This document shows, one piece after another, positions 38,174 to 51,881 of a DNA stretch of 64,000 nt. The stretch lies in NCBI GenBank assembly GCA_002189035.1, contig NEEC01000007.1, positions 2,852,001 through 2,916,000 of the forward strand. Reading direction: 5' to 3'. The notes below the pieces were generated by a model. The model had not been told where the DNA came from, ran no database searches, and worked only from the letters and a program-made list of their open reading frames with translations. The number at the start of each line of letters is the position of its first letter. Position 1 is the stretch's first letter. The position numbers were made by a program, and so were the translations under genes. The stretch comes from Utricularia gibba. Lineage: Eukaryota; Plantae; Magnoliophyta.

Positions 38174-39214
38174 GGAACAGAGAATAGGGAATAGGGGGAA
38201 TAGGGATCCGTTGAGGCTTTAGCGAACGGTGTGCGGAGGGGGGGGGGGGCGGGTGTCGTCATACGGATACATAGTACATACATACAGCTGGTGGGTGATT
38301 GGCGGGGAGTCACGTGAGGGCCGCGCGTGCGGGGCAGGTGGAAAAGGATGCACAACGGGCACGTGACAACTGTATCCCACAACGGCCCTTCTCCATCGGG
38401 CAACGAGCTGGACATCCATCCGGCTTCCTTGTCGCACCAGCTGGAGACGAGTGCGGCACTATGAGTCCGTCCAGCCCGTACGACTCAAGTGCAGAATAAA
38501 TTAAAAAGGGGAGCCGGAGGGGTGCATGAGCGCCGCGTGGAGGTTGATCGGACGGGCGTTGGGTACGCGTCAGAGACACAGGCTGGCGTCCGTTGATAGG
38601 TGGGCCTCACCAAATCTTCTGCAATATTTTTGTTAATGCCTTACAGCCTGGATCGAATGGAATGGAATGGTATGGATCAACTCCAAACACCAAAACAAAA
38701 AAGAAGAAAACTCCCAACTGCTCTTCCTTCATTCATTCCCCCCCCCCCCCCCCCCGAGTAACCAACCGTTTCCTTCCCTCAGTTAAAAAAAAAATATATA
38801 TATTTATATATAGGGAAATGCAATTTCAAAATGCGTAGGGAATCTTCATTGTAATAATCAACTTTAGGCACAAATATTCATCATATATTAAAGGGGAAAG
38901 TACAAATTTGAGTGCATTGGAAGTGGTGGCATCATCGCATCCGTTTAACCTGATTTCCTTTGATGTGCGTGACGCGTCTTTCTTGCCAGCTGCATGCTAA
39001 CTGCCCATCCAGTCCAGCCGGTTATTCTCACCGGCTAAACCGGTTATCCCTATCTTCTCCCCTCCCCTCTGTTTCTCCTGCTGCTATAAATATCCTCCCC
39101 CAAAATGTCCCTCCCTCAATTGCGAATGCCCAGGCCTTGCCGGTTCGGTTACACTCCGAGGACGGTTTTCGATTTCAAATTTCTAGGGTTTCCTTCTTCT
39201 AATTGACTCCCTTC

Positions 39215-40060
39215 ATGGCGGCTAGAAGCGAATCTGATCGGATAAAGGGGCCGTGGAGCCCTGAGGAGGACGAGTTGCTGCAGAAATTGGTTGAGAAGCA
39301 CGGCGCGAGGAACTGGTCGCTGATTAGCAAGTCGATTCCGGGTCGGTCAGGCAAGTCCTGCCGCCTCAGGTGGTGTAACCAGCTGTCGCCGCAGGTGGAG
39401 CACCGCGCCTTCACGGTGGAGGAGGATGAGACCATCATACGGGCGCACGCCAGGTTTGGGAACAAATGGGCCACGATCGCGCGGCTTCTCTCCGGCCGTA
39501 CGGATAACGCTATCAAGAACCACTGGAACTCCACGCTGAAGCGCAAGTGTGTGTCGATGTCTGCGGAAGAGTTCAAGAGCTTCGATCCCGACGCTCAGCC
39601 CCCACCTCCGCGGAAGAGATCGGCGAGCGTCGGACCCGGCACCTCCGTTTCCCCGTCGTTCAACGCGGGTAGTCCCACGGGGTCCGACATCAGTGACTCT
39701 ACCCATTCGGGTCATCTCGTTTACGGACCCGTCCCAACTCTCATAACCCCTTCACAACCCATCCCCGCGCCTGACCCGGTTACTTCACTTTCCCTTTCGT
39801 TACCCGGATCCGAAACCAAATCCCCGGATTCCATCCAGATGCCTGCGCCAAAACCCCCCGTCCCCTCAATAATGATCCCATCTCACCCTCCTCCTCCGCC
39901 GCAGCTCTTCTGCCCGGAGATTTTAGCGGTGATGCAGGAAATGGTGAGGAAGGAGGTGAGGAATTACATGGCGGGCATGGAGCAAAACGGGTTCTGCCTT
40001 CAGACGGATCCCCCCAGAAATGCGGTGATCAAGCGAATGGGCATAAGCAAAATCGATTGA
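39215..40060 (+). CDS. MYB44-like: R2R3-MYB subgroup 22 (MYB44/73/77-like), intronless
   Basis: [12 protein letters not shown]...[17 protein letters not shown]...[18 protein letters not shown]; GSPTGSD.SDS motif; [11 protein letters not shown]-like motif; [13 protein letters not shown] motif. Confidence 0.95.
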   Translation: MAARSESDRIKGPWSPEEDELLQKLVEKHGARNWSLISKSIPGRSGKSCRLRWCNQLSPQVEHRAFTVEEDETIIRAHARFGNKWATIARLLSGRTDNAIKNHWNSTLKRKCVSMSAEEFKSFDPDAQPPPPRKRSASVGPGTSVSPSFNAGSPTGSDISDSTHSGHLVYGPVPTLITPSQPIPAPDPVTSLSLSLPGSETKSPDSIQMPAPKPPVPSIMIPSHPPPPPQLFCPEILAVMQEMVRKEVRNYMAGMEQNGFCLQTDPPRNAVIKRMGISKID

Positions 40061-40891
40061 ATCGGAAATCTCAGGCGACGATGCTGTAAAAATCATCCTC
40101 TTTCTCTCAGCCGCAGGAACAAAGCAGCCAGCAGATTTTGATTCAGTGACAATCTTGGAAAAACAATCAAGCAGCCAAAGCAAGGCGGCTCCTTCCCCCC
40201 CCCCCTGTGCCTGTCCCTGTTGGTGTAACGCGCTGTGTACATGGAGGAGGCCGTTGAGAGGCTGTTTTCCTCAGTTAAATCCAGACAAAGCCCACTTTGT
40301 CTTGAGGCGCGAAGCAAAATTTTGCTCGTTATGGAGAAAAAAAATTTACTGATCAACCTTCCCCTGTCACATCTCCAAAACGGGATTTTTTTCCTGCTAA
40401 AAGACATGTATCAGAAGAAAGAAATATCATTGACACCACTAGAGTAGCTGCATTAAGGTTTTTGAACTAACACAGAAGCCCTATTATGTTGTTCCAGACG
40501 CCCCGCACGTCGTGGGTGCGGTGTGGCCCCTCCCGGAATGCGTTACCCGCGGCGTGGTCAAAGGGGGCGGCTGGCGGTATTCCCACAAACCTAGACTTGA
40601 ATCATCCAACGTGCTTCACTAGTCTGCTCTGTTCTCCGATTGAAGAGTACCTACCCAATGGGCTGACGCAGCCCAATATTCGCGATTCCGATTCGGCCCG
40701 CCGGAGCCCAGCCCAGGGGACTGACTTTCTGGTTTTTGAAGATCAGATCCGTATCATACCTAATCCAACGAAATTTTCCCTCCGTATTATGTTTCCATGT
40801 TCGAAATATCCATGGAAACTCACCTTCACCTATATAGTTTCGAGGCAGCACCATCAACAAGGGCATTGGTTTGAAGAAGAGAGGAGGAGTG

Positions 40892-41904
40892 ATGGCCGAC
40901 TACTTGCCACCGGAAATCATTGAGGAGATCTTGAAGAAAGTTCCTCCAAGTTCCCTTCTGAGATTCAGGAGTGTTTGCAAATCATGGTGTGCGTTGATCG
41001 ATAGCGAGCGCTTTGTTCGAACCCATCTTGATCATGCCTCCAGCGCCCGATTGAATATCCTCTCCCAAAAGGATTATGGCCCCATCCAGTTCTGTTCTAT
41101 CCCCGATATGCTAGCTGAGTGCACCGCCGACGAGGTGGATATCGAGTTTTGGGAGGAACCTTGCTCCCCTTTAGACATTCTGGGCTCTTGCAATGGACTC
41201 ATTTGCCTTACTTTTCATCACCTCTTGTTTTCCCTATGGAACCCGTCCATACGGTACTACAAGAGACTGCGTCGGCTTCAATGGCAGAAGAAGGGATTCT
41301 GTCCCTCACATTTCGGGTTTGGATATGATGAAGTCGACATGGATTACAGAGTCGTGCTCATCGACCGTAAAATTGTTCAAGTCTGGTGCGCGAAGGAGGA
41401 CGCTTGGAAGGAAATCGTCCTCCCGAGCGCCCCCGTATGTTGGACCCAATCGGGACTCACTGGAGTGGAAAAATCTGTTGGGTCGGAGAGACCGGATCAC
41501 ATCCTTCCATCGTTTACTTCGATTTACGGAAAGAGAGAGTCCAAAGCATTGAGCTTCCGGAGCATGGCACATGGTCTGATATGGGTGTAGTAGATGGGTG
41601 CCTCTGTGCTCTGTCTCATCCCTTGATCGGAGGATCCATCAGGTTTTGGATAATGAAGGACACAGAGCAAGTGCAATGGAAGGTATTGTTCACCATTCCC
41701 TACGATTTCCAGCTGACGACATTCCTGAATCGGGTGGTGCCACTCCATCTGGAGGTGAACGGAGATTTCATGTTTGGGTGGGACGGCAGCATCCTGATCT
41801 ACGAATCCACTACCCAGGTGTTCAGGATCATCAAGGCCTTCGATTGCTTCTGGAATCGCAAGGTCAATATCTTCGTCGAGAGCCTGGTGCGGCTAGATCC
41901 ATGA
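40892..41904 (+). CDS. F-box protein with F-box-associated domain (CPR1-like); 1-nt frameshift as assembled
   Basis: LPPEIIEEILKKVP..SLLRFRSVCKSW, ILGSCNGLICL, LWNPSIR and FGFGYD. The C-terminal half (IVYFDLRKE, DGCLCA, FWIMK, FVESLV) is in a second frame; the switch is at the C5 run 41430-41434. Confidence 0.85.
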
Positions 41905-42773
41905 AGCAGAGGGAGTCTCACAAGAAACACACACACACGCACCAGAAAAAAAAATCATTTATATCATTATTACAAATTTTACATCATTTAACGGTTTAGG
42001 TCGCACGTCTATCCAACTGTTAAACCACTGTTATCGAAAATTTGTAAAACTAATCTATTCCTTACTTTTTAAAAGTAAATTTTGTAGTATAATTTAAAAA
42101 GTATTTTTACTAGAATTATTTTTACAATTGATATTATTCTAAAATAAAATTATTTTTATTTTTTTAAAAATAGAAATAGTTTTCAAATTCATAATAATAG
42201 CACGAAAAATGAGTTCACTGATGGGATAGCTCCCAAGTGCACATTCCCTCCTTTTATGTTGTATTCCACAATTTTTTATTTATAAATTAGAGTTGATTTT
42301 TTTTATAATATTGATTTTATCACTTAGATAAACGTTAGAAAAAATAAAATGGACTAAATTATTGTTTTAATCCATTTTTATAAATAAAAATATAAATTTA
42401 ATTCCAAAATTTCTAAAACATTAAACGTAATAAACGAAGATGTTAATAAGAGCATGAATTCACATCTTCATCGCCATGATTTATTAACATATGTTTAATT
42501 CTATTATTTGCACTTGTTGAAAATTAATTCTAATATAATAAAAAGCAAACATTTTCAACTTTAAATTTATTTTTTTATGTAGAAAGCCAATTATTGATGG
42601 TGATTCTGTAAGTATACAGAAACTGTTGAAATAATAAAATATGATCGTATCCACAGAGAATTGTTATTAAAATTTTTCTTTTCAAAATAAGGACTTAAAA
42701 AGATTGAAAACAAAAAGATTTGGTTTTTGAAAACAATAATAAAAGTGGCCTTGGATCTAAGATCCACCTTACT

Positions 42774-43807
42774 TGAAACTCGCTCTTACGTGTGTGCAAA
42801 TCTTTAATACTAATCTGCTTGTGCAAACTTTAGGGGTGTTATGTTAAAGTAGTGCTACTCGATGACCGTTATACCACTGTCCCTTGTTTTGTGGGATTAT
42901 GGAATCAACCACGCCACCAGAGTTATTTCACCTATTGTGATAACCCATGTTTTCCCCACACCCAAATCTAACTCCTACACCTCTCACATTGCATACAAAT
43001 TAGATAGAATGTACCTTACCAACGATGTCCAATTGATCCCTTCTCCTTAGGTGCTTGAAGCCAACCTTTGATTCTCCCACACTCCCTTAGGGCTATATGG
43101 TATTAAAGATCACGTTGGTAAAGAAAACATTGCGAAAAACAGAATCAAATATCAAATTAAATGCTGAAAAACATAGTAAGACAGTCACATGTGCAGAACT
43201 TACGCAAGCAAGGTTTCATAGTAGATCCTCAGCCACAAGCGCTTGCATGCACATACTTGACTCTAAACAACAAAAGTTGATGAAAAACGAAAGGAAATGA
43301 ATCCAAAACATGTTAGACTCGACTATAAACCTTAAATTGACTTTCTGATCGTCCACATTTGACTCTATGATCGTCCACACTTGACTCTCCCTTTTGATCT
43401 TCGTGTTTGGATATTTATATAATGGTGGGAACTTGTCGGGTTTTCTTGATGAGCTCACATCAAATCTTTTATCTGCATCTTCTAAGATTTGATACATATA
43501 TTCTAGGTTAAGATCCAAGTTTTCCAAGATAAGATGCGAATCTTATTTTATCCGAGAATCTTTGATCGAGTCTTCATTCGGATAGATCAAATATTAGACT
43601 CCATCAAATTAACTCGATAATCCTCCAAATTATGTCAAAATTATCCTGAAAAATCACAAAACACACTTTTACTCCAAAAAAATCAAAATGGTATGAAAGA
43701 TATAAAATTCTTCAAACAACATAAATAAAGTGAAATAAAAAGAAGGCAAAATTCATCTAAATGAGTTCTAAAAAGCATAAATATAAGTGATACAAAATCA
43801 TTTATCA
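42774..43807 (-). mobile_element. Possible degenerate Gypsy (Athila-like) LTR fragment
   Basis: The minus strand begins TGATAAATGATTTTGTATCACTTATATTTATGC and has an LTR-like composition. No matching TSD or PBS was found. Confidence 0.3.
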
Positions 43808-44677
43808 ATTATACTTAATGGAAAATTTCTTTTTAAACATTTTTTTTTATAAAATTGGAAACTATTAAAAATAAATATCGAATATATCATATAAAAAATA
43901 AATAGAAATGCAATTTAGAATACATAGTGGAAATGAGATTTCTATTATAAGGGCACGTTTTCTAAACATTTTCTGTATTTTTTATTCTTTTCTTTAGGCA
44001 GAAAAATGAGGTCAAATGAAAATAAATTTTCAATAAAATACAAAATGTGTTATAATAACATTTAAGGAGGATAGAAAATTAATTTATTTGATGAATATCA
44101 AATCCTAATATTAAAAACATAAATATCTGTTTATTTTACGTGCCCCGTCAAATGAATGTGATAATATCTAAAAGTGTTTTTTGAGTTTTTTAATTTTCAA
44201 AGAGTACCTTGAATTGTTTTTATTTTATTCTTTTATGACAAAGAGAATACACTTTTAGAAGTTACAAAATAGTGCAGACTACACCTTAAATTTTTTTCAA
44301 AGTATTTTTGTTTAATTTACATTGAGTGTAGAGTTAATGACATTGGTGGGAAATTTTTGTTTAAATTTTTTCATGTTTTTTGTGTTTAGAAATTTCCTTT
44401 TTGAAAATTTTTGTTTTTCGAAAAGTATTATCCAAAAAAACTTTAATAAAATAAGAATTGAGAATACCTAACTTGTATATTTTTGTTCTTTGCTACAGAA
44501 GAATAATGTTGGGGAAGTGATTGTAGAGGGAAAACCTTTTGACTGTTTGGGAAGTGCAATAGGGTCAAGCGGTGATCTTTGCGGGTAGACGCGGTGGTTG
44601 CACGATCGGAAGGGGGCTTTTGGGTCGGCAATAAAATTGGAGGAGAAGCCGCCGATTTAATTCGTTTTGTTCTGGTC

Positions 44678-45536
44678 ATGGGTGGCGGTAACGCCCAGAA
44701 ATCTAAGATGGCCCGTGAGAGGAATATGGAAAAGAACAAAGCTGCAAAGGGTAATTCCTTTATTTTGAGATATTTTCCCTCGTGGTTTGTGAAATCATTT
44801 TCTAGGTTTTGCTGGGGTATGATGAAAGTTGGCTGACAAGAGGGTTTTTTTTTTTTTTTTTTTTTTTGTTGAATTGCTTCAGGGAGTCAGCTAGAGAACA
44901 ACAAGAAGGCTATGAACATCCAGGTTTCACTTTCATTAAAGTTTTTTTTCTGTGCTTCGAGATGGAATTGGGTTGGTTTTAACCAGTGAACTGGATTCAT
45001 ATTTGTTGGTTATTCGTTAGTTTGTCGCTGCTTGTTGCACGGTGTTAGTTTGAATGACATCTTGATGAAACATTTGATTTTCAGTTCTTGAGTGGGAGGG
45101 GATAACCCATTGTTGATCTCACCCATCAGATTTAAAATTTGTCACTCATTGATTCCGGTTTGGTTTCTTCTTTAAAAGTTGAAGCTTTTGAATGCCTTAA
45201 GCTCTTTATTCTGATGGCTTTTCCTGTAATTTCTCTGTTAAAGTAGAAGAAATTTCGATATGCAGAGGCGTTAGAAGGTCATAATGCTTTAAATCCCGGA
45301 ATGGTTGTACCCCTAGGTTAAAACAACACACTAGGAGAGTGTGCTTGCTCTTAAGTGATGCTTGTTTATTGGGCATACTCATTAGCCATTTTGTTTCTTC
45401 GTGTTGTACTCTGCAGTGCAAAGTGTGCATGCAAACCTTTATATGCACTACCTCGGAGGTTAAATGCAAGGAGCATGCAGAAGCTAAGCATCCCAAGTCT
45501 GATCTCTACGCTTGCTTTCCGCATCTGAAGCACTGA
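44678..45536 (+). CDS. Small SERF-like/C2H2 zinc-finger protein (At2g23090-like, 77 aa)
   Basis: Exons 44678-44750, 44883-44923 and 45417-45536 give MGGGNAQKSKMARERNMEKNKAAKGSQLENNKKAMNIQCKVCMQTFICTTSEVKCKEHAEAKHPKSDLYACFPHLKH. Confidence 0.93.
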
Positions 45537-46361
45537 TGCATCCAAGACTTGACTCCATGGCATTCTCTTCTTTGCGGCATCCATAGTTTCAGTTGATCAT
45601 GTAGCTTGTCGAGATGGTTGTCTGTAGCTTCCCCTCTTCCAATGATCACGTTGCTGAAAATCAAATGTTTGTAATTGTCAAACACTATTTGTCGATAATT
45701 TAGATTTGAATATTTTTTTTATAATGATTTGAATTTTTTAAAATATTAAAAATATATTATTTAGATAGATTAAACTAATAATATTTTCGTACTGAATCGA
45801 ATTTAATTATAAATTACATTTATGATTTTAAAATATTGTTGTCAAAAGACAAAAACCTCCTCCAAATAAACAGGCCCCACTCCCCCATGGGCCCACAGTA
45901 CAGTAGTCCGTGCACCGGACAAGTGCACTATAACTTATGGACCCATTCGGTCCAAATTCTAGCCCGGTGCACGATGGTCCATGACGTGGGGCACCCACAC
46001 ATGGACCTCATGCACCATGATTCTGGGGCCCACTAGGCCCATAATTGAGTATTGATAAAAGTGTAACAGGATTTGATGTAGAAAATTTAATTTTGAAATT
46101 ATATATTTGATTAGAAATTATTTGAAGAAAATGAAATTTAAATATTGAAAATAAAATATATTTAGTAATGAAATAATTAAATTCCATGCTATTAATTCGA
46201 AACCCAACAAATAATATATTTCAAATATTAATCTGTATGTCCATAATACATTAATCTTTTGTTCTTTTAAATTCCAGATAAATTGATCTATGAATTTATA
46301 TTAATCTGAATAGATAAATTAATCCATAATATATTTTTAAAAAAAAATCAACTAAACCACG

Positions 46362-46868
46362 TCATCTTTTGGTCACCCCCACCAACCCTGACACCATAAA
46401 CCACCCCACAGACGTGAAAATCACGGCGCGACTCCGGTCGAACACCGCCAGCAAAACCAAAATCAACACAATCATCGCCGGCAAATAGAATCGAGGCTCC
46501 CTGAGTGGCTCCGCCTTCCGCCTCCGCACCTCCTCCGCTTCGGTCGACCCGCTGATCGGAAGCCTCACCCTCGAATCCGACCTAACTTCGCCCTCGCTTT
46601 TTCCATCGTTCGGTTTCTCGGTGACTGGGCTCCCCTGATCCGAACCCTTTCTAAACCTTCGCCTCTTCACATCGTGAAAGGCCAGGAGGTCATGGAACTT
46701 GTCGACTCCCCGGCGGGAGAAAGGATTCTTCCTGTGGACGGATTTAGCGGTGGGCTTGGCATTGCGGGAGGGCGGCTAGACCCGTGGCGGCGTCACTGCA
46801 GGGGGCTGCGGCGGTTCCTTTGCTTCACGATCGAAGCTTCTAGTTCCGCATATAAGAAACTCAAGCAT
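46362..46868 (-). pseudogene. ZCF37-like membrane protein with in-frame TAG at codon 31
   Basis: MLEFLICGT start, KNPFSRRGVDKF..LL motif and C-terminal FYLPAMIVLILVLLAVFDRS.A...TSVGW helix, all in one frame. Stop at 46776-46778. Confidence 0.7.
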
Positions 46869-47989
46869 GAGATCCGAGAGGGAGTCAAAATGTGGGTTGC
46901 ATTCCTACATCCAAAGCTATTTAAGGTCGCCGTGTTGACTTTCGTTTTAAATTCAAGATAACTAATCTATCCAAACCTTGAAATTTAATTCAGTTTAAAT
47001 ATACGTACAGTTGACTTTCTCAAATTCACATGAAAGCGTAAAGTTTAATTTATGGAATATATCTAAATTTTCTATTTTAATTTAATATATTTAAATACTC
47101 ATATCAAATATAGTTTTTATGGTTTTATTCATCGTAAGTAATACCCTGCACGTGAAAAGAATGACTCGATATGCACCGGTTTATAAAGCTTAGGCATAAC
47201 AATTAAAGTAATTAAAATTTTAAAATTTACTTCAAATATGTCTAATGTTAACAAAGTTGTAATAATCTCTAAATGTGATACATGATCAAATTCTATGCAT
47301 ACGAACGACATTTTCCTGTTTATTCTCAAATCAATTTGTATAAATTTAATTTAAAATCAGTTCATGATAAGAATAACATCACTTTAGTTATTATAATTTT
47401 AGTTTGTGTCATATATCGACTTTTATGACATTGCATGTATTTCTAATGATTTACTTGCGCCTGAGATAAACCATTATACTGAAATGAAGAAGAAGGTCAC
47501 ACCAAATGTATCAAAAGATTGCATTATATACTAATAAATAAAAAACTAATTTAAACGATGTATTCTCTCTCTCTTTTTTTTTTTAATCATGAATTTGAGA
47601 ATAAAAATATGCAACCAAGATCATCATTTTTTAACTTGAACATGGCGGAACCAATTGAAGTCATATGGTTGGAATGCAATAGGGGCTACCAATTGAAAAC
47701 TTAGATCTCAACCATACATGATTGACCTACAATTGAAATGTGGTATGTGAAGATAATGTGTGTTACAGATATACAAGAAAGCTTCTATGGGCTAGTTTTT
47801 GAAAGTTTAATAGTTAGTTGGATAGGAATTAATATGGTTAAACACTAAATCCATTAGAATTGCTTGTAACAATTTTATAATTTTAGATATGGATCAATGA
47901 CTATATATTGTAAATAAATTTATTCTGATTGCGACTATCAATGAAGAAAAACTTTTATAAAGTTGATGTTTTTTTATTACATTTTGTTT

Positions 47990-48930
47990 TTGAGATTGTA
48001 ATAGTGTGTATTTTCTTCTATTTTTTTACTCCTCTCCCAACATATTTGTATTAGAGCCTTTGAATATGACAGACGATAGTAGCTTTCTGGTTCCTTTGTT
48101 AACCAAGAATAACTTTGATAATTGCAAAATTTGAATAAAAACCCTTTTTAGAGCATATGAAATTTAAGATGTGATCCAAACTGTCATTATGGCAACCTCT
48201 ATAAAGACGAATGCAGTTACACGACAGCCTCGCTGACTTGCTGTTCACTTAATTGTGTTGTGTTACGCTTTTCTTTTGTTTCCTTTAAATAGTATTTTGA
48301 ACCATTGTTACGTTGAGTTGGTTATTTTTCTGGGAAATATCTCCCATACATCGTCTTCCGCAAGTCGACATTTGCTTTTTTATGGTATAGTGAGCATGGA
48401 CGAATCACGAATCAACCAGCTTGAAACTCTTGATGACAACCTCTGTTGCGGCGGTTGAGCATTGGTTTGATAGACAATTACGATCTGAACGGACTTTGTT
48501 GGCAGCAGCATTCAAAGATGGTGATCTTAATCATGCCAATCCCTTGCATCTCAGTAGATCCGATCATCCAAATGCATCTCTCATAAGTGAACTCCTCAAT
48601 ACCAAGTATTACTTCGATTGGCATAGAGGAGTCCGACTTGCCTTGGGAGCTAAGAACAAACTAGATATCATACTTGGAGAAATACCTAAACCTCCAGCAA
48701 CGGATCCATCCTATAGTCTCTGGATAAAAAATGATTACATGTGTAATGTCATGGATTCTAAATTCCATCTCGAAAGACTTGGTTGGTAGTTAGGTTGCTC
48801 CAGCTCACATGATTTGTGGAAAACCTTGGAAGCACACTATAGTTAGATCAACAGCAACATGTTGTATCACATTCAATTCGAGTTATACAATTTGAAGCAA
48901 GGGGATCTCAGTGTTGCACAATACTAAAAG
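47990..48930 (+). mobile_element. Degenerate Copia remnants (LTR end, Met-type PBS, two gag fragments)
   Basis: CCAACA LTR-end-like motif, then TTGTATTAGAGC (48046-48057; TGGTATCAGAGC with 2 mismatches) and gag start MTDDSSFLVPLLTKNNFDN with stops. Second gag fragment NPLHLSRSDHP...W.RGVRLALGAKNKL.II.GEIPKP at about 48530-48930. Confidence 0.75.
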
Positions 48931-51881
48931 AGGCATTCTGTCTAAGAAGCAAATTGTAGCTAGCTTCAAAAGAAACATAAAATTGGTAAAATTTAATAGA
49001 CCCTAATTAAAAAAATTGGAATTGATCTGAAAACCTAAACCCATTGATGCACAAAAATTTGAGATTATGAGATCATCAATGAGTCATGTAGGATAGAGGA
49101 TTATCATAAGGGGACTGAAATGAAAACCTAAAAGATTTTGAAGACTAGCATGCTTCTAAGGTACATTAGTTTTAACAACCATTTGTTTGTTTAAGTATTG
49201 TAAAGCTAAACAAATTATTTGTCTTCACAACACTACCAAATAGCAAACTATAATTTATTTGGGTTGTTAAGTTGGCATAACAAACCTAACAAACATGGGC
49301 GCAAACATAAGGATAAACTTAATATGACATTCGAATTGTAGAGTAATTTTGTGGATAGAGATAAGATCACATTGTATTGAGGTACATAGAGGAGATTTGA
49401 AGGCGTAAAGCAAGGTTGATGATCACTATACCGATATGCATTGCATTAACTTTCATTACATTTAAAAAAATAACATAATTGTATATGAGATTATAATAAA
49501 AAAACAGGTGCAGTTTGGAACACAAATGCTCACTCACCCCCAAATCTATAATTCATATGTCGAAGGATGAAGATAACATACCTTTGGGAACATATTACAT
49601 ATGTGGTTTATTCACACTCAACATCATGTATTCATCGAATTTGTGTGCAACTTCATTTGCAATTGTTATAAGACTTCCGAATCATGGATGTGGATATTTT
49701 GAAAGAGATGTATACTTTATCATATTGCTTTTTCGTATAGCATATATTTATGTTATCTCTAGCATTAACTTTAACATTGGAACATGCTTACCATCCTTGG
49801 AAAAACATTTAAGAAAATTTAAAATAATTTGTAGTACATTTTATAATGTAGCATATCATAATTAACACTAATATAACATTATGTTACACATATTCATTGC
49901 ATTTTGAGATTTTATCGCCTTAGTGTGCTTTGATATGATTAAACCATATCCAAATAAAAAAATGCAATTGATAACTGATCAACTTCTGGCGAATGATTCT
50001 CAACGGAAGATAAAAAATATTTATACATTTCATATCTTCTATGAAGTAGCACAAATTAATATAGTTAAAGAGCTCCTTGAAATAATAAAAAAGAGCTTGA
50101 CATGTGTGTTTATAAGGGATACCTATTCCGCATATTCAAAATATCAAAATATTATAATTTTTTTATTAAATATAAAATAACAAAGCATATTTATTAATAT
50201 ATAGGATTCAATGTATGAATCACCTTCCATTAACAACCACATAGTATTATAAGTTCCATTGTATCTTTCTATTTTTCATATATTCTATATAGTTTACTCA
50301 TTTACAATCTTCTAAAAAACTACTTATACCCTCTTCACAATTGATATTCAAAATGGTATTATTTGGAGATGATAGTGTTATCCATTTTCAAATTAAAAAT
50401 TTATCTTTAATTTTATTTAGTATTTTGATCAATTTTCATGTGATCTTCTTTCCTTAATATGCCATTCATAGATTTAGAATTATTGTTGATCAATACTACA
50501 CATTTGAATGATGTGTCAAAAAAAAAAACATGTGATCAATGATAGAATCACTTTTGAAAATTTCGAATCCATTTATGCATACCTATAATTAAGATGAATT
50601 TAACATGTACTAATTCTAAATTTCTAATATATTTAATTCGTGCATACAAATTTTACATACTTTAGAATAAAATTAAATATCCTCACATTTTTGTCGCATT
50701 GCAAATTATCACAATTATCAACTATAAACTTTAATTGTAGTACTTTCATTAGAGATTACATATTGTGCACAATATTTTTTCAATCATTCAAAATCAAAAA
50801 CCAAATCATCATATGCTACTTTCTTAGCATAACATTTTCTTATTTTAATAGTATGATAGGATACTACTATATCTCAATAAGCGGATCAAAACGGTCAAAT
50901 TATGTTGTTTAGTTTTGTGACAACTTGTAAATAATTAGGTTAAGATTAGTATTAATCTCGATTTTTGAATCAGTAAAATAAGAAATCAGGGATGAAGCAA
51001 CCGGAGCTGGAAGCCACCCGAACTGTGAAGCACTGGATGCCAAAGGTTACGTAATTTAGAATACAATAGACACGTGGGAGGATGGGGCAGGCAGGGGAGA
51101 GGAGAGGAGATGATGATGGAAGCAGGAGATCACTCTGGAGGTCCCAGCTTTATATACCAGATGTCTGAGCAGCCAATGAGCTTCAAGATTACTCGCTCTG
51201 CGTTCTCATGAAAGAGGAGTTCCACCACCTGACCTGGGAAATCATGGAGAGAATGGTGCCTGCTTAATGGGATTCCTTCCTTCACTGACACGCCTCAAAC
51301 TCCCAAGCAACTAACCAGTAGAAAAATTTCCATTTCCAAGATAGGCTAGGCTAGGATGGGATAGGATGGATGCAGAGACCTTTGGGAATTCGTCTCCAAC
51401 CAGCGGCGACATGAGACGGGAAAATTTCTGATCAGAAGGCTGCCATGGAAACTGTGTGTACGTGTGCGTGAACCAACCTCAGATAGTCACGTACAAACAT
51501 GGAGAAGCAGAGCAGAAAGAAACCAACAACATAAACTCGACACTCTCCCCATTACCCTTCTTTCCCATCACAAGGTCAACCAACTTACCCTTCTTTCCCG
51601 GGGAAACCGCTCTACGCTACGCATCGCACGAGTGTGAAACTATGGGAAGTGGCGGTCTCGTGCGATGATTGGGATTCTGGAGAATCAAAAAAGTGCGCTT
51701 GGGGAAAAAGTTGAAGTTTTGTTTTGTATCCTAGAATCGAATGATGCGAAGTTTGGGCTCAGGAGAGAAGACGCGTGTAACGCGAGCGTTATATATGTCA
51801 AAGACGATGACTTAAAATTTCTGGGCGAGGGAACGTTGGCTGTGACTTCGCAAGGGTTTTTTTTCGCTTGTTTAGGGTACA

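Noticed and set aside
42769-43812. Complete solo LTR
   Set aside because: The flanks TTACT and ATTAT do not match as a TSD; kept only as a low-confidence fragment.
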